A DNA stretch of 43,708 bases, counting the filler, from Jimgerdemannia flammicorona (taxonomy: Eukaryota), in NCBI GenBank assembly GCA_003990765.1. It is 2 parts of 2 records of this genome, joined end to end, with 100 filler letters (N's around TTAATTAATTAA, not from the genome) between each part and the next. Parts side by side here need not be neighbours in the genome. Positions count along the whole stretch, not along the records: positions 1 to 21,804 come from RBNJ01001390.1; 1 more part is not named here. One strand, 5' to 3'. Below are positions 1-12,359 of this stretch, one piece after another. A model generated the notes under the pieces. The model had not been told where the DNA came from, did no database searches, and saw only the letters and a program-made list of their open reading frames with translations. Every line of letters starts with the position of its first letter. Position 1 is the stretch's first letter. The position numbers were made by a program, and so were the translations under genes.

Positions 1-55
1 AAAAAAAATAAAAAAAAAAAAAAATCCAAATAACTAAAAAAAAAAAAAAAAAAAA

Positions 56-1000
56 GAGACTACCTGGAGTGACTATGACAAGAAGGGTGATAAGGAAGAA
101 ATCCTGATCAAAGCCCTACAAGGACTCCTCCAAGGACAAGAAAGATCCAAAGAAAGAAGGCCAGCTAAAGAAAGAAAGAAGGATAGAAGTAAAATTCAAG
201 ACCTCAGCTCTAAGTTGGACTGATTGGTTGGACAGATTGAAAAACTTACTATATATGAAAATTAGAGTTATCAAGACAACAGAGGATACCCTCCACAAAG
301 AAGCCAAGGTTACTCACTAAGAGATAATAGAAACTACCAGCAAGAAGAAAGAAGATACTCTGTCTAAGACAGAGCCCAAGTTCAATGCTTCCACTGTGGA
401 CAATTCAGACACTATACCACTGAATGTGACAATAAAAGAAGTGACTGAAGGGACTCAGAACTATCAAACCAAAGGAATGACACTCAGTATGAGAAGACTA
501 AAGCCCATCCTGTTGAAGATTTTGAGGAAGTAAGCAATAGTAAAGACTATAGTGATCTAGGCTTATACTCTACCAAGGTTACCATCTGAAAAACAGTCTA
601 CCCAGCAGAGAAGAGAAAGAGACCCATAGGAAGGCTATCCAGGAATATCAGCAGAAGAATTATCCAGGAAGAAGATGTAAAGCATAAGGAGGAGCAAATA
701 GAAATACCTCCCCAGACTCCCTCACCTTTTGTCTCTGAGACAAATGAGCTACTACCAGAAGATGAAGAAATGAAACAAGAAGAATGGGAGCCTACTGCCC
801 CAAAGCCTAAGAAAAAGTACACTCTAAAGACTATATCCAGAGCCATCTACAATGAAGTCTGGCAGAAGATTCAAGAAGCCAAGATGGAGGTCCCCCTTCT
901 GCAGTTCCTATAACTGATACCAGCTGGAGTCCAAAACAAATTGCTGAGAACCATTAGGTCTAGTACTGGCTGAGTTCCCATCCCACAGCAAGAGCCAGCC
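56..1000 (+). pseudogene. gag: gag remnant of family A
   Basis: About 100-830 is colinear with 20490-21222, which follows the PBS in the second copy; lies directly upstream of the protease. Confidence 0.7.
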
Positions 1001-1029
1001 CCCACATCTATCCAGGCTACAGAAAGACA

Positions 1030-1390
1030 TGTCAGTACCTATTTATATAGAGACATTGGAGGACAAAAGGTGAAAATCCTCATAGATACAGGAGTAGCTA
1101 TCTGTGTTATTGCCAAACAATTCTTGGATACCCTCCAATGGTCCATTGATAGATCATCCAATCTCAGCATTATAGTAACAGATGGAGCCTGAACTCAACC
1201 CCTTGGAGAAGTATGAAATATCACTATCTCTCTGGGACATATTCAGTTCTCTATTCTGAAAGCTGTTGCCACCAAAGCTGTTATCTATAACATGATTCTT
1301 GGTACCAACTAGATGAAGGAAATAAATATAGTTGTTGATATCAGTCAACAAGTACTCAAAGTTCGACTACCAAGACAAGAAGTATAGAGT
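1030..1390 (+). pseudogene. Retropepsin aspartic protease, family A
   Basis: Reads KVKILIDTGVAICVIAKQFL...YNMILGTN*M (DTG triad and ILG motif). Confidence 0.85.
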
Positions 1391-2689
1391 TAAGGTGACC
1401 AGCTATGAGCAATCAAAGAAGAAGGTCACTATCTAAGATAAATATACTAGTAGTGAAAAGTCTACTATAGAAGAAGAAGAAGAATCTGAAGATAGAAATG
1501 ATCCCAGACTCAATTCCCAAATTAACCTAGTAAATGATAGACCAGAAGACAATTTATGGGCCAAGAATACTGTCCCCATCACCATTGGAGCCATTGCAGG
1601 AGAAATTAAAAGATACCCCATCTGTCTTAAGAGACACAAGTGCCCTGAGCACTCCTCCAAGATCATTGGGACAAGGAATTCACCTGGCATAGTCTGCTCA
1701 GAGTGTAGAAAGAAGAAGAAGAAATGCAGACATGTTCCAGAAATACCTGCAGCTGAAGCTACAGAAGTATAAGCAATTTGAGGCCAAGAATCATCTAAGA
1801 AGAAGTTCTTGACCAAGAAGTTCCTGAACAAGAAGTACCTGAAGAAGAAGATGTCCCTGAACTCATTCTCTGAGATAACTCTTACTAGATACCATCTGAA
1901 GATAATGACCCTTGGAATATGGAAGAAGGATACAGTACAATTTCCATTATTCCCAAGAAAGAAACTCACTAAGAAAGGGCATTTCAGCTAGGAAGATGTC
2001 CACACCAAATGGTCTTCCACTCTCCAAGACTACTACTATCAGTACTATTTACTAGACCAGCAAGAGAGACAGAGACCCCAAAGACCAGAACCCCTAACTA
2101 TAGTTGCACAGTCAACTACCTTCCAAGAAGTTACTCCCAGATTACAAAGCTAATTTATAGGACAAGGTCTCTTCACCTGAACAGAAGTATACCAATTGTC
2201 CATTCTTCCTCCAACTTATGACCAAGATGAGTACTGATTCCTGAGACAACAAGAAATCAACAACCAGGAATATCATTTCAGAGAAATGGGATATTGTAAT
2301 CATGGAAGACACCCAGACTACTGAGACTACAGATATCAGAAGATTCACCCCAGTCATGATATTGCAATCCACACTTTGAAGAGAGGAGACAATAGAGGCC
2401 AGATCCAAAAAAGCCAGACTAAGAAACCAGGAAGAAGGATCCTTAAGATCTACAATTTGGAAGAAGACATTCTAGCCATTATCAGACATGCAACCTGCTA
2501 AGAATAGGCAGAAGATGCCACCAAATTCATGGAAGCCCTAGACCCTACAGGAAGAAGAGGAATCAACTATCTCTGAGACCCCTCTACTGGAGCCAGATGG
2601 CCACACCTCAATCTTAGAGCCTGGAGGCTCTCTGCTAGTAGAGCTTCAGCCCTAGAACAGTCCAAACTCAGTAAGAATATTGCTCAGTA

Positions 2690-3075
2690 TACCCTGCTAC
2701 ATTCTAAGGCAAACTCCTGACCAAAGCCCACTCAGAAGATATAGGATATGATCTTCACAGTCTGGAGGATGAATCTATCAAGCCTGGAAAAACATTATGA
2801 TCAGAACTGGACTAGCCATACAGCCACCCCAAGGAGCTTACATCTAACTAACCTCAAGATCTGGACTTGTCAGACAAAGAATAACTGTGGAAGGAGAAAT
2901 CATTAACCCAGAATATATAGGTGAAATCAAGGTCATTCTATACAACAGTAGTACAGAATGGTACCAAATCATTAGAGAACAGAAAATTGCCCAAGCAGTC
3001 TTCATGAAGGTCAAGACCTCACAATTACAAGAAGTCTCCAAATTGACTAAAAGAATGAGACAAGCCAAAGGATTT
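2690..3075 (+). pseudogene. dut: dUTPase domain between PR and RT, family A
   Basis: GYDL, RTGLAIQPPQG, SRSGL, GEIINPEYIGEIKVILYN, KIAQAVF and RQAKGF match the five trimeric dUTPase motifs; frameshifted. Confidence 0.9.
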
Positions 3076-3559
3076 AGATGTTCAGACAAGAAGGAAGTAT
3101 ATCTCCTTCAAGTCAACCACCTCAAGAAGAATGTCTCTCAGAAGGTATACTGCCAACCAGTCAAACTATACAAGAATCTCATCCTGGAGCCTGGAGAACA
3201 AACCACCTACAAAATCTTTGCACCACCTAATCCCAGAAACCTTTTCTTTGAACTCAATGAAGATATCCTACACCTGGACATAGAAGGACACACATTCCCT
3301 GATAAGATGAACTCTGTACATTCCCAAGCAACCAACCAAAGTTGGGAAACTCATATCTTATCAAAAGGAACCATCATAGGACATCTGGTGCTTTTTATCA
3401 ACTGAACTCATAGAGAAGTTTATAAACTAAACTTATCAGGAAATGGCAAAAGGTCCCAGAAGAAAGGAAAGGCCCCTCTGCAACCCAGGAGACAGTGAAG
3501 CCTTCCACTAACATTGGAGAAGAATTGATATCCTAACAATAGCAACAACTTGTAGAACA

Positions 3560-4900
3560 TTTCAACAAATATCAAGATATCTTCACTACTAATTATAGCA
3601 ACCTGCCATATAATTCATCATATCACTATAGCATAAATACAGAAAATGCAACACCCATCTAGCAGAAACTCTATAGAATACCCCACTACTTAAAAATATT
3701 TAAAAAGGAGCACATTCAAGAACTCTTAGATAATGGAGTTATCTAACCCTCTACCAGCCCCTGGGTCAGCTCTATACTTATTGTACCAAAGAAAGAAGGA
3801 TGGAGACTCTATGTAGATTACAGAAAACTCAATTCAGTTACTGAAAAGGATATCTATCCTTTGCTCAGAATTGATGACCTTTTAGATCAGTTATAAGATA
3901 CCAGATACTTCAGCAGTATAGATCTTTTTGCAGGATTCCATGAGATCCCCATGGACCCCAAAGACATTTAAAAGATAGCCTTTCTTGCTTTAGGAAAACT
4001 ATTTGAATACCTCTGAATGCTCTTTAGACTTTACAATACACCTCTCACCTTCCAGAGGATGATGAATTCAGTCTATGACCCCTTGATCCACTACTGTCTG
4101 ATTGTATATATAGATGATTTCACATCTATTCAGCAAATTTCAAAGAATACCTACACCACCTAGAGGAATTCTTCAAGCTCACCTGCAAGAACCACTTGAG
4201 ACTAAATGCAAAGAAATGCTACTTTGGGAAACAGAAACTTAAATTCCATAAATTTATAGTTTTGAAAGAAGGAATCCATACAGATCCAAAGAAAACTGAG
4301 AAGATCAACAACTGGCCAGTACCCAAGACTCTGAAGGAAACATTATCATTCCTGATACTAGTATCCTACTACAGAAGGTTTATTAAGAACTTTGCCCAAA
4401 TTACCACCCTAATCTGAGTTCTTCTCAAGAAAGAAGTACTATTCAAATGGATGGAATTATAAGAGAAAGTCTTCAAAGAACTCAAGAACTATATGACTAC
4501 AGTACTAATCCTTGTATGCCCCAATCTATAGAAGTCATTCATCTTATATACAGATGCTTCCAAAGATGGCCTAGAAACAGTTCTAGCCCAAGAAGGACCT
4601 GATCAGCAGTACTATATGATAGCTTATGTAAGCTAAGCTACCAATCAGCAGCAGATGAACTATGGTAGCACAAAACTGGAATACCTTGCAGTCATATAAG
4701 CAGTCACTCTGTTCAAGTATTACCACATCAGAAAAAGATTCACTCTGATTATAGACCATGCAGCTCTCAAATAGCTATTTAACTACAAGAAATCTACTGG
4801 AATCCTAGCCCACTGGATCCTTATCCTTCAGGATTACAAAATCACCATTATCCACAAAGCAGGGAAAGCCCACAACAATGTTAATGTACTTTCCTGCCAG
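3560..4900 (+). pseudogene. pol: Reverse transcriptase plus RNase H, family A
   Basis: [43 protein letters not shown] at 4107-4118, LVSYYRRFIKNFA, ILYTDAS, HKAGKAHNN. Confidence 0.93.
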
Positions 4901-5039
4901 TCCCAATGAATCAGAAGAAGAGTATCTCAAGGAACTACACTCTAAAGAAAGCTTCTCAAACTATCAAGGCACAAGAAGATCTCATCTGAAAGGAATATCA
5001 GAAAGCTTACCAAGAACAACCAAATATAGAAGAAAAGTT

Positions 5040-5945
5040 GCAAATAACACACCAACATTGGCCCAATCTCAGAATACAAATCTGGGACATACTTAAGAAA
5101 TGTGACACCTGCCAGAAGTATCAAGGAAAGAAGAACTACCAAGCACTACTGCAACCAATTACACCACCAGACAATATCTTTCAGAGATAGAGAGTAGATC
5201 TAATCAGACCCCTGCCAGTTACACTAAGAAAAAACAAATACATCCTTATATTTGTGTAATATCTGACTAAGTGGCCTGAGGCTTTCTCTATAGAAATCAT
5301 AGATGCCTTAACTATTGTAGGCCTTCTCTATAGACTCACACTCAGATATAGACCCCCAGAAGAACTCATCTCTGACCAAGACACAGAATTCATCAACAAT
5401 ATAATCCTTAATTTACAAGATCCACCTCAAATAGACCACATCATATTACCCTCAGAACAATGGCATGACAGAAAGAATGAATCAGACCATCAAGAAAGAA
5501 CTTGCCTGAGTCAATCCTACCAACTGAGACCTCTGCTTATCTGAGATCCTATGGGAAATTTGGAACACCCCTATTACCTCCACCAAACAAATATCATTCA
5601 AAATGATATTTGCCAAGAAAACCAGAACTGCTGACCATGAGAATCTTGGAGACCTCCTCAAGAAGACAGAACAGTTATATAATCAAGCCCAAATTCAGAT
5701 TACCAAAGCTCAAGAAAGACAAAAGAAGTATTATGATCAGAAATGGAAGGACCAGAAGATCAAGATTGGAGATCAAGTACTAGTTTGGAGATGTATGATT
5801 GAAACAAACTTTGCTGCCAAATTGGAGCCCAAATGGGAAGGATCTTATCTTGTGTACAATATCAGAGGAACTAGTATCTATTTAAAGGACATAGATGGAT
5901 GAACCCTGAGGACACCAGTATACATCAATCATCTCAAGATATACC
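5040..5945 (+). pseudogene. Integrase (HHCC remnant, DDE core, GPY/F), family A; no chromodomain recognised
   Basis: CDTCQK, YLTKWPEAF, LISDQDTEF, PQNNGMTERMNQTIK, KLEPKWEGSY. Confidence 0.9.
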
Positions 5946-6499
5946 TTTCCCTATATCATAATCAGAGAGTTGACAACTACCTTCAGACTCTTGTCCAATC
6001 ACTACCAGTTCCCCTACCCTAATTCTGAGAAGTCAATGGGAACACTCTCCAGAAAATCCAGATTCATCAAGAGAATCTTGTCCTGGTCAGATTATTATTA
6101 CAGATCCATCAACTTCAGGCCCACTATGCAATTGGAGAACAATTGCAGAACCTCCCAGCCCCAGAACAAACATATATCAGAAATATTACAGGACTATCAA
6201 GAAGATATGTCACTGCTGCAGACAGGCTCTACACCCTTTATAAATGTAGCTCTGCAACCTTGTTACAAGCACAATTCCTCTGTGTGATGTATGAAGAATG
6301 AACCTGACCATCTACCTGAGCATCATCAATACTGTCAAAATCCTGTTCCCAGAAGAAGAAGAAGAACTCTTGAAATAGAGCAACCATGGTATAGATAATG
6401 AAGGTGATAGAATAGATATTAATACAGAAGATACTTATCTACACTGGGATGATGACTAAAGGACAGTCTGAGGACAGACCATCCTTTAGTAGGGGCTGA

Positions 6500-7849
6500 T
6501 GTGACAAACCAAAATATATGACCTGAATTATAACTTAGTCAGATGATGTGAATGTATAGTATAGTTACCAGACATAGCAACTATTGTTGTGGAAAACTAT
6601 ATAAATAGCCAGAATACCAGATAAGGTATATCTGTACAGGATCTGTACATCTGTGCTAGACCTGTATATCTGTGCTAGATCTGTACACCTATGCTAGACC
6701 TACACACTTGTGCTGAACCAGTATACTTACTATAAGTAGCAAATCTATAGTTACCCATATAGCAACCAGATAGCAACTATATATAAAATACTCCAGAGAC
6801 AAGAGTGAATAAACCTCAGTCCAAATTGAATCCAAAGCAAAAGTTAAGTCTGCCTACTACACTTCAAGAGGAACTCTACAGCTACTGCTAAGAGATTGTA
6901 AGCAAAGCATTCCTTTCCACTCCAGTCCACTTTCTGATATAAAGAAGAGTTTATTACATTTTTGGTTCACTTGCCAGATAAGCCTGAAGAATCCAAGTTT
7001 GTCACCAAGTTCAAGAAAGAACTTTGCTATCTTTTGAAGAGAAACCTGCTGCTTAAGAAATAAGCTACTATATTTGGTACACATGCCAGACTAAGCCTGA
7101 AGAATCTGAGTTATTGTCCAAGAAGCCCACTGATTCAGAAAGAATCTGCATCATCTACCATTTCCAAGTTATCTACATTCTCAAAGAACCCAAACCTTAC
7201 CACAAGCCAGTCACTTGATACAACTTCACAGTGATCTATTCATATAAATGAAGTTAGTCTTTAATGTAACTTGCCAAGAATCTGAGTTATTTCCCAGAAC
7301 CCCACTGATTCAGAAAGAATTTGTTTCATTCAAGCTATCTGAGTTATCTAAGTTATTCATTATTCCCAGTAAGCTCAGTACAGAAGAATCTGCTGCCAGC
7401 ATAATTTCCAGTGAGCTGATTCAGAAGAATCTATACCATCTGCTATTCCCAGAAGAACCACTGAGTTATTATTTCCAGAAGCCCACTGATTTAGGAGAAT
7501 CTATACCAAATCAAGTTATCTGCCAAATTACATTATCACTCAGAAATTGTATACTTTTGGAAATTATCATGCTACACAGAGATCACCTATCACTCAAGAA
7601 GAAGAACTGCTAAATTGCCAGACTGTTATACACAGAGATCATCATGCTATATACAAAATCACTACTATACCCAAGAACCTGTCTCAATAAGGAAATTGCC
7701 AGAATTGCTTGCAGATATCCAGCTTTGACTATTATACCACTAAATACTAAGAATTTTTTATTACTTTTAACAAAATAACTGGGGGCTCAAGCTAAACTAC
7801 ATCAATCCCCAACCTTGTAATTTACTTCTATTGAGCCAGATATATTACA
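6500..7849 (+). repeat. 3' LTR of family A (~1350 bp)
   Basis: Starts TGTGACA right after AGTAGGGGCTGA and ends TATTACA. About 6735-7849 aligns with 18630-19635. Contains 18-bp tandem repeats (6632-6720) and recurrent GAGTTAT/CCCACTGATTCAG motifs. Confidence 0.88.
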
Positions 7850-9114
7850 ATATAATAAATATAATATCTTATAACTTTAGATATTTTTATTAAAATATAT
7901 ATATAGTAACTTAAATAGCTATAGTAATTCTAGAGATAATAAATACTAAAACAAAATTTCTACTTCAGAAAGAGATATATTTATTAGATTAAAAATCAAT
8001 ACAAATATATAACTACTTCTCTAATAATGAATATTTTAATTAAAAATAAGATATTTTACTATAAAGAGTTTTATATTTATTCAACTCTTAATATTTTATT
8101 ATAAGTAAGTTATTAGCTTAGATTATATTCTTAATTTATATTATTATAGAAGTTATATATTCTTATATATTATAAATTAATAATATTGTAATATAGTAGA
8201 TATATAATCTTATAAATATAGTAAATTTCTTTCTCTTAAATACTTAATTTTTATTGAAATATTGCCTGACTATATTATTACTGAAAATATTATTATTAAT
8301 ATATATAAAAGTGTATAAGTTAGTATTAATAAATAATTACTACTTCTTTTCTCTATTCTTCTTAAGTATTATATAATAAAAGATTATAAGTCCCACTAGT
8401 AAAAGTGAAAAATAACAAAGACACTCCTCTATACTATGTAAAAATATCATATCTACCAGGTATATCAAACATAAGTCTACCAAGTAGTATAAGTAGAATG
8501 AGATCTGAAATAGATACTGATAGAATAAGTATGTCTATTATGATGGTTATGACTATAACTATTCCTGTAGTAGTACCAACAATGATAAAGAGAATGATTT
8601 CTATCTTTGATAGTAAGAACTATACTAATGAGTATACTATATAAAGAATCTCTTAAAATAATATAGCCTGGAGTAATACTGGAAGCCACAGATATAAATA
8701 ATGAGATACAATATTATAAAGAATTACAGAGTACTAAGAGAGATTATATTTATCCTTTTAAATATATAAATAAAACTTATTATTAATATTACAATAGTAA
8801 ATAAAGCCTAGAAGATCTTATATAATCACTACCAGCAGGCATACATATATATCAAATAGATTCTATCTGAAAGCATAACTGTTCAATCTCTAAATAAAGT
8901 TGAAGAAGAGTCTCTAGAACTATACCAACTATATTGATAATCTAGTAAATCAAGTGAATTCTCTTTCTATACCAGCAGACCTCATCGGGAATAAAGACAA
9001 AGTTCTGACTCTTATATATAATCTTCCTATAACATACAATATAGTTATCACTACTATAAGAGAATCTGGCAAACTATTAAATTATAAGTATATCATTATA
9101 AGTCTTTTAAGATA

Positions 9115-9540
9115 TCACTTTCTAGTACCACTCAGGTTATATAAACTTCTGATAATACTTTTAGTATAACTTTTTGAGAAAAGGTAATAGTAATATAGAT
9201 ACTGATGATTATTCTGAGGTTTATGTTAAGTAGTGTGGTCCTAATTTAACTAATAGTATATTGAGCATAGTTATAGCTTGGGAGAGAGTCTGTTGGACTC
9301 TCTTTCTAATAGATATTGAGAGAAAAACAGTGATGCTGATAGGTGAGAGATGGAGAAGGTAAGCTTTGTAGATAAGGTTAAGGCTAAGTATTAGTTGATA
9401 AGTCTGGAGAGTTGGCTATAGAGAGGTAAGAGAAAAGAGAGAGCAGCTAGGCCTAGAGGGGTGGCCCTAGGTAGTGGTAGTAATAGAGTAGTGACTGAGA
9501 GAGGGAGAGAAGAACTACTGATGAAGTGGAGACTGCTAAT
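9115..9540 (+). mobile_element. LINE 5' head plus start of ORF1, 3'-truncated and decayed
   Basis: Aligns with 21224-21548 and with the reverse complement of 15600-15760 (gagaaaaggtaatagtaat); SFVDKVK matches ORF1 SFANKVK. Confidence 0.6.
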
Positions 9541-9544
9541 ATTA

Positions 9545-12328
9545 CCAAATGCCCTTATGTCACATATACCCACTACTCCAAAGCCCAACCAAAGACAGTA
9601 GATCCCCTGAGAAGCCTTTTAGTGAAAATATCATCTCCCAGATCTTTTATATCAGGAGAACCCAGCTGTCTTTCTGTAGTTCCACAGTTCTCTTTAGCTA
9701 TTATACTCTTAGATAATGAAGCCTCTTTGAGAAGTCAACTAGCCCAAGTCTCTCTCTATCTACTAGTATTGACAGAATATCCCAGCTAATCTGACTCCAC
9801 CTCCTAGCCCAGATTTAGTCCTTGGATAGCTTCAATAGCCTCTTCACTACCTAGGTCAGAAAGTCCAAATGATATGTCAAATACTATAGCTTTGAAAGCC
9901 AGTAGATATTCAGGATTGAAATGTGGCCCACTAAAGAGATATAATGGCTGCCTCAGCTCTACAGGGCCTCCTCCCAAATAACTACCTATTGCTCTTACTA
10001 TATTCTAGATAGAACTGACTTATAGATTAAAAGGAAAATGTCTAGATACTACACTATATCTACAGTAAGGACAATTGTTCCAATGATATCTCCTCTCACT
10101 AGACTATTGTCCAGCACTATTGTTTCATAATTATATTAGTTGAGTTTTACCCCAGAGTATACCTCATACCACTTTACTATTTTCTTAAATACCTATATCT
10201 GTAATTGATCTAAGACCAACTACTATGTCATCTGCAAAGACTCCAATCTTCCAGATAATTCCAAATACTGAGAGCCCTACTATCTTGCACTGAATCCTAT
10301 CTATCAAAGGCTCTAGAAATAGAGTATTCAAAATAGAGAATAGTGGATCACCCTGGAGAATACCTCTACCTAGAGAGAATACTACACCCTAATGACTATT
10401 GTACATGAGTATTACTCTACTCCCTTTCAGTAGACTGATTATTGATACTTAGAACTACTGAGAGACCTAATCTATCTAGCACCTTCACTAACCAAACTCT
10501 CCAGACATGATTATATATCTTCTCCTGATCCAAAAAAACCAATCTCTCATTCAGCCTATAGGCTCAAGCCCCTTCAATGATGCTATGAACTCAAGCTGTA
10601 TTATTCTGAATGAGCTGGCCCCCAATAAAGCCCTGTTGCTCCTCACCCAATACTTGTTGGGTCACCTTCTGCAGTCTTGTGACAATAATCTTGGTAACTA
10701 TCTTTCTGTCTAATTCAGGAGTATGATCAGTTGCCAGTTCTTCCAATCCTTCCTCCTACTCTTGTTCTTATATATATAATAATGCCACCAGCCCCAGATC
10801 CTGCCCACCCACTCACTTCTCTGACCCTAATATAGAGTTTCAAAGTGCTGTCATCTCTCCCAGCACCCCAGAGACTTTCACTATCTTCTTCCAGAAGTCT
10901 CAGAGCAGCCCATCCTCCCCTGGTGTAGTGTCTAGCTTAGTTGTAATAAGAACTTAATAAATCTCCTCCTTCTTAACTGATAGTACCAAACTTCTAAGTC
11001 TATCTACTTATAATGAGTACCAACCCTCCAAAGTGTATTCAATGGCAGCAGTATCAGCCCCACCCTCCTTCTCACTCTATAGACCACTCCACCCCTTCTT
11101 TAGAAAGTCTAAAATATTTTGTAAACAATATGTCAGCATGCCCTCAGAATTCAAGACTCCCTCCCACCTCTTCTCAATCAAAGAAGTTTTGAAAGAAACT
11201 TAGAGGACCACTCTCTCTCCTCAAGTCTCTGCTAATACAGTCATGTAGCCATTTCTCTCACAAGAGTCTCCTCTTTCTCCTTCAATATCTGTTATAACTC
11301 TACAATCTCGAGCTTCACTCACATCAACCTCTAGTTCTCTACCCCCTCTAAGGTTAATAGCTTAGTTCAATTCTCCTGAAGCTGGGCCAACTTAGTAGAC
11401 CCAAGTTACTCTCCTCCTTCACTGTTATCCTGCTATCTTGCCAGCCTTATCTCAGTAAACTCTAGCTATCTCCTTCAATCTCATCCATTGAATACATACT
11501 TTCTTAAATCCAATTATCTACTTTCTATCTAATATTCTCAGCCCAAGTATTCAACAGCTCCTTCTCAGCTAGTAAAGAAGAATTGAGGCACTAATGTTCA
11601 GGCCCATTCCTACTTCCCCCAAACTAACCATGCCCTAACAAGTTCCAATAGTCTGATCAAGGATACCACTCAACCTCTAGAGACTTCTAGACATCCAGAC
11701 ACCAGCAATTGGTAGTCAGCATTCAGTCAATCCTAGTTTCAAGAACACTCACCTAATTGATATAGACTCTCCTATCTCCTCACATTACTCAACCAGTATC
11801 CTCTAAGGATCCAAGTTGCTCTATTTCCTCTCAATCCTCCAGGCCACTACTTCTGCTTCTAGAATTCCTCTCTCCATCTGTTCTATCCAACTATACTATA
11901 TAAACCATATTGAAGTCTCCTCTAAGCATATCCACTCTTACCTCCACAAGGACTTTACTATCCAAAAGACCATCAATCTACTCCATATGCTCACTCTTAA
12001 CTATAGAGAAGTAATAAGATCTAATTACAATTGACTCCTACTCTGACTGATACCATTCACCCCAAACCAGTTAATCTCCCCAATTCCTGCTTCTATATAT
12101 TTCACCTTACTCTTTCTGCACCAATAGTCCAATCTTACCATTCCAAACTATAGTCTCTCTTCATTCTCTCATCCACTCTTATTGATCTAGCTCTCTTTCA
12201 TATTATATATCCTGCAGAAGAAAGAGATTAGCTTCTAATCTCTTTAATTAAGTAAAAATATTATACTATCTTCCTGAACCCCTTAAGCTATTCACATTCA
12301 ATAAAAAAATATTAGTTATACTATTTAT
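9545..12328 (-). pseudogene. LINE ORF2 (AP endonuclease plus RT), decayed
   Basis: TNIFLLNVNSLRGSG at the start, NWQLIILLN (~10720-10740), GILQGDPLFS (~10336-10365), VFADD (10227-10238), GFGVVGI near 9570. Confidence 0.9.
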
Positions 12329-12359
12329 AGAGAATAATGTTGAAATAGATATATCCTCT

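Larger units (their letters stand above)
1..7849 (+). mobile_element. Ty3/Gypsy LTR retrotransposon family A, decayed, 5' part outside window (gag-PR-spacer-dUTPase-RT-RNaseH-IN-PPT-3'LTR)
   Basis: Ordered motifs: LIDTG (~1080), dUTPase (2690-3075), YIDD (4107-4118), YTDAS (~4546), CDTC (5101-5112), PKWEGSY (~5830), purine tract 6488-6499, then a TG...CA LTR. Many stops and frameshifts. Confidence 0.93.

Noticed and set aside
1..55. A-rich run as a retroposed poly(A) tail
   Set aside because: At the window edge with no visible element body or TSD; could be slippage or low-quality sequence.
1433..1969. 178-aa Phe/Leu-rich minus-strand ORF as a membrane or env protein
   Set aside because: Antisense to GAA-rich pol spacer sequence; no env features.
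7248..7613. 121-aa ORF in the family A LTR as a second LTR gene
   Set aside because: Built from internal repeats, and the frame is not preserved in the homologous LTR (early stop after ~19158).
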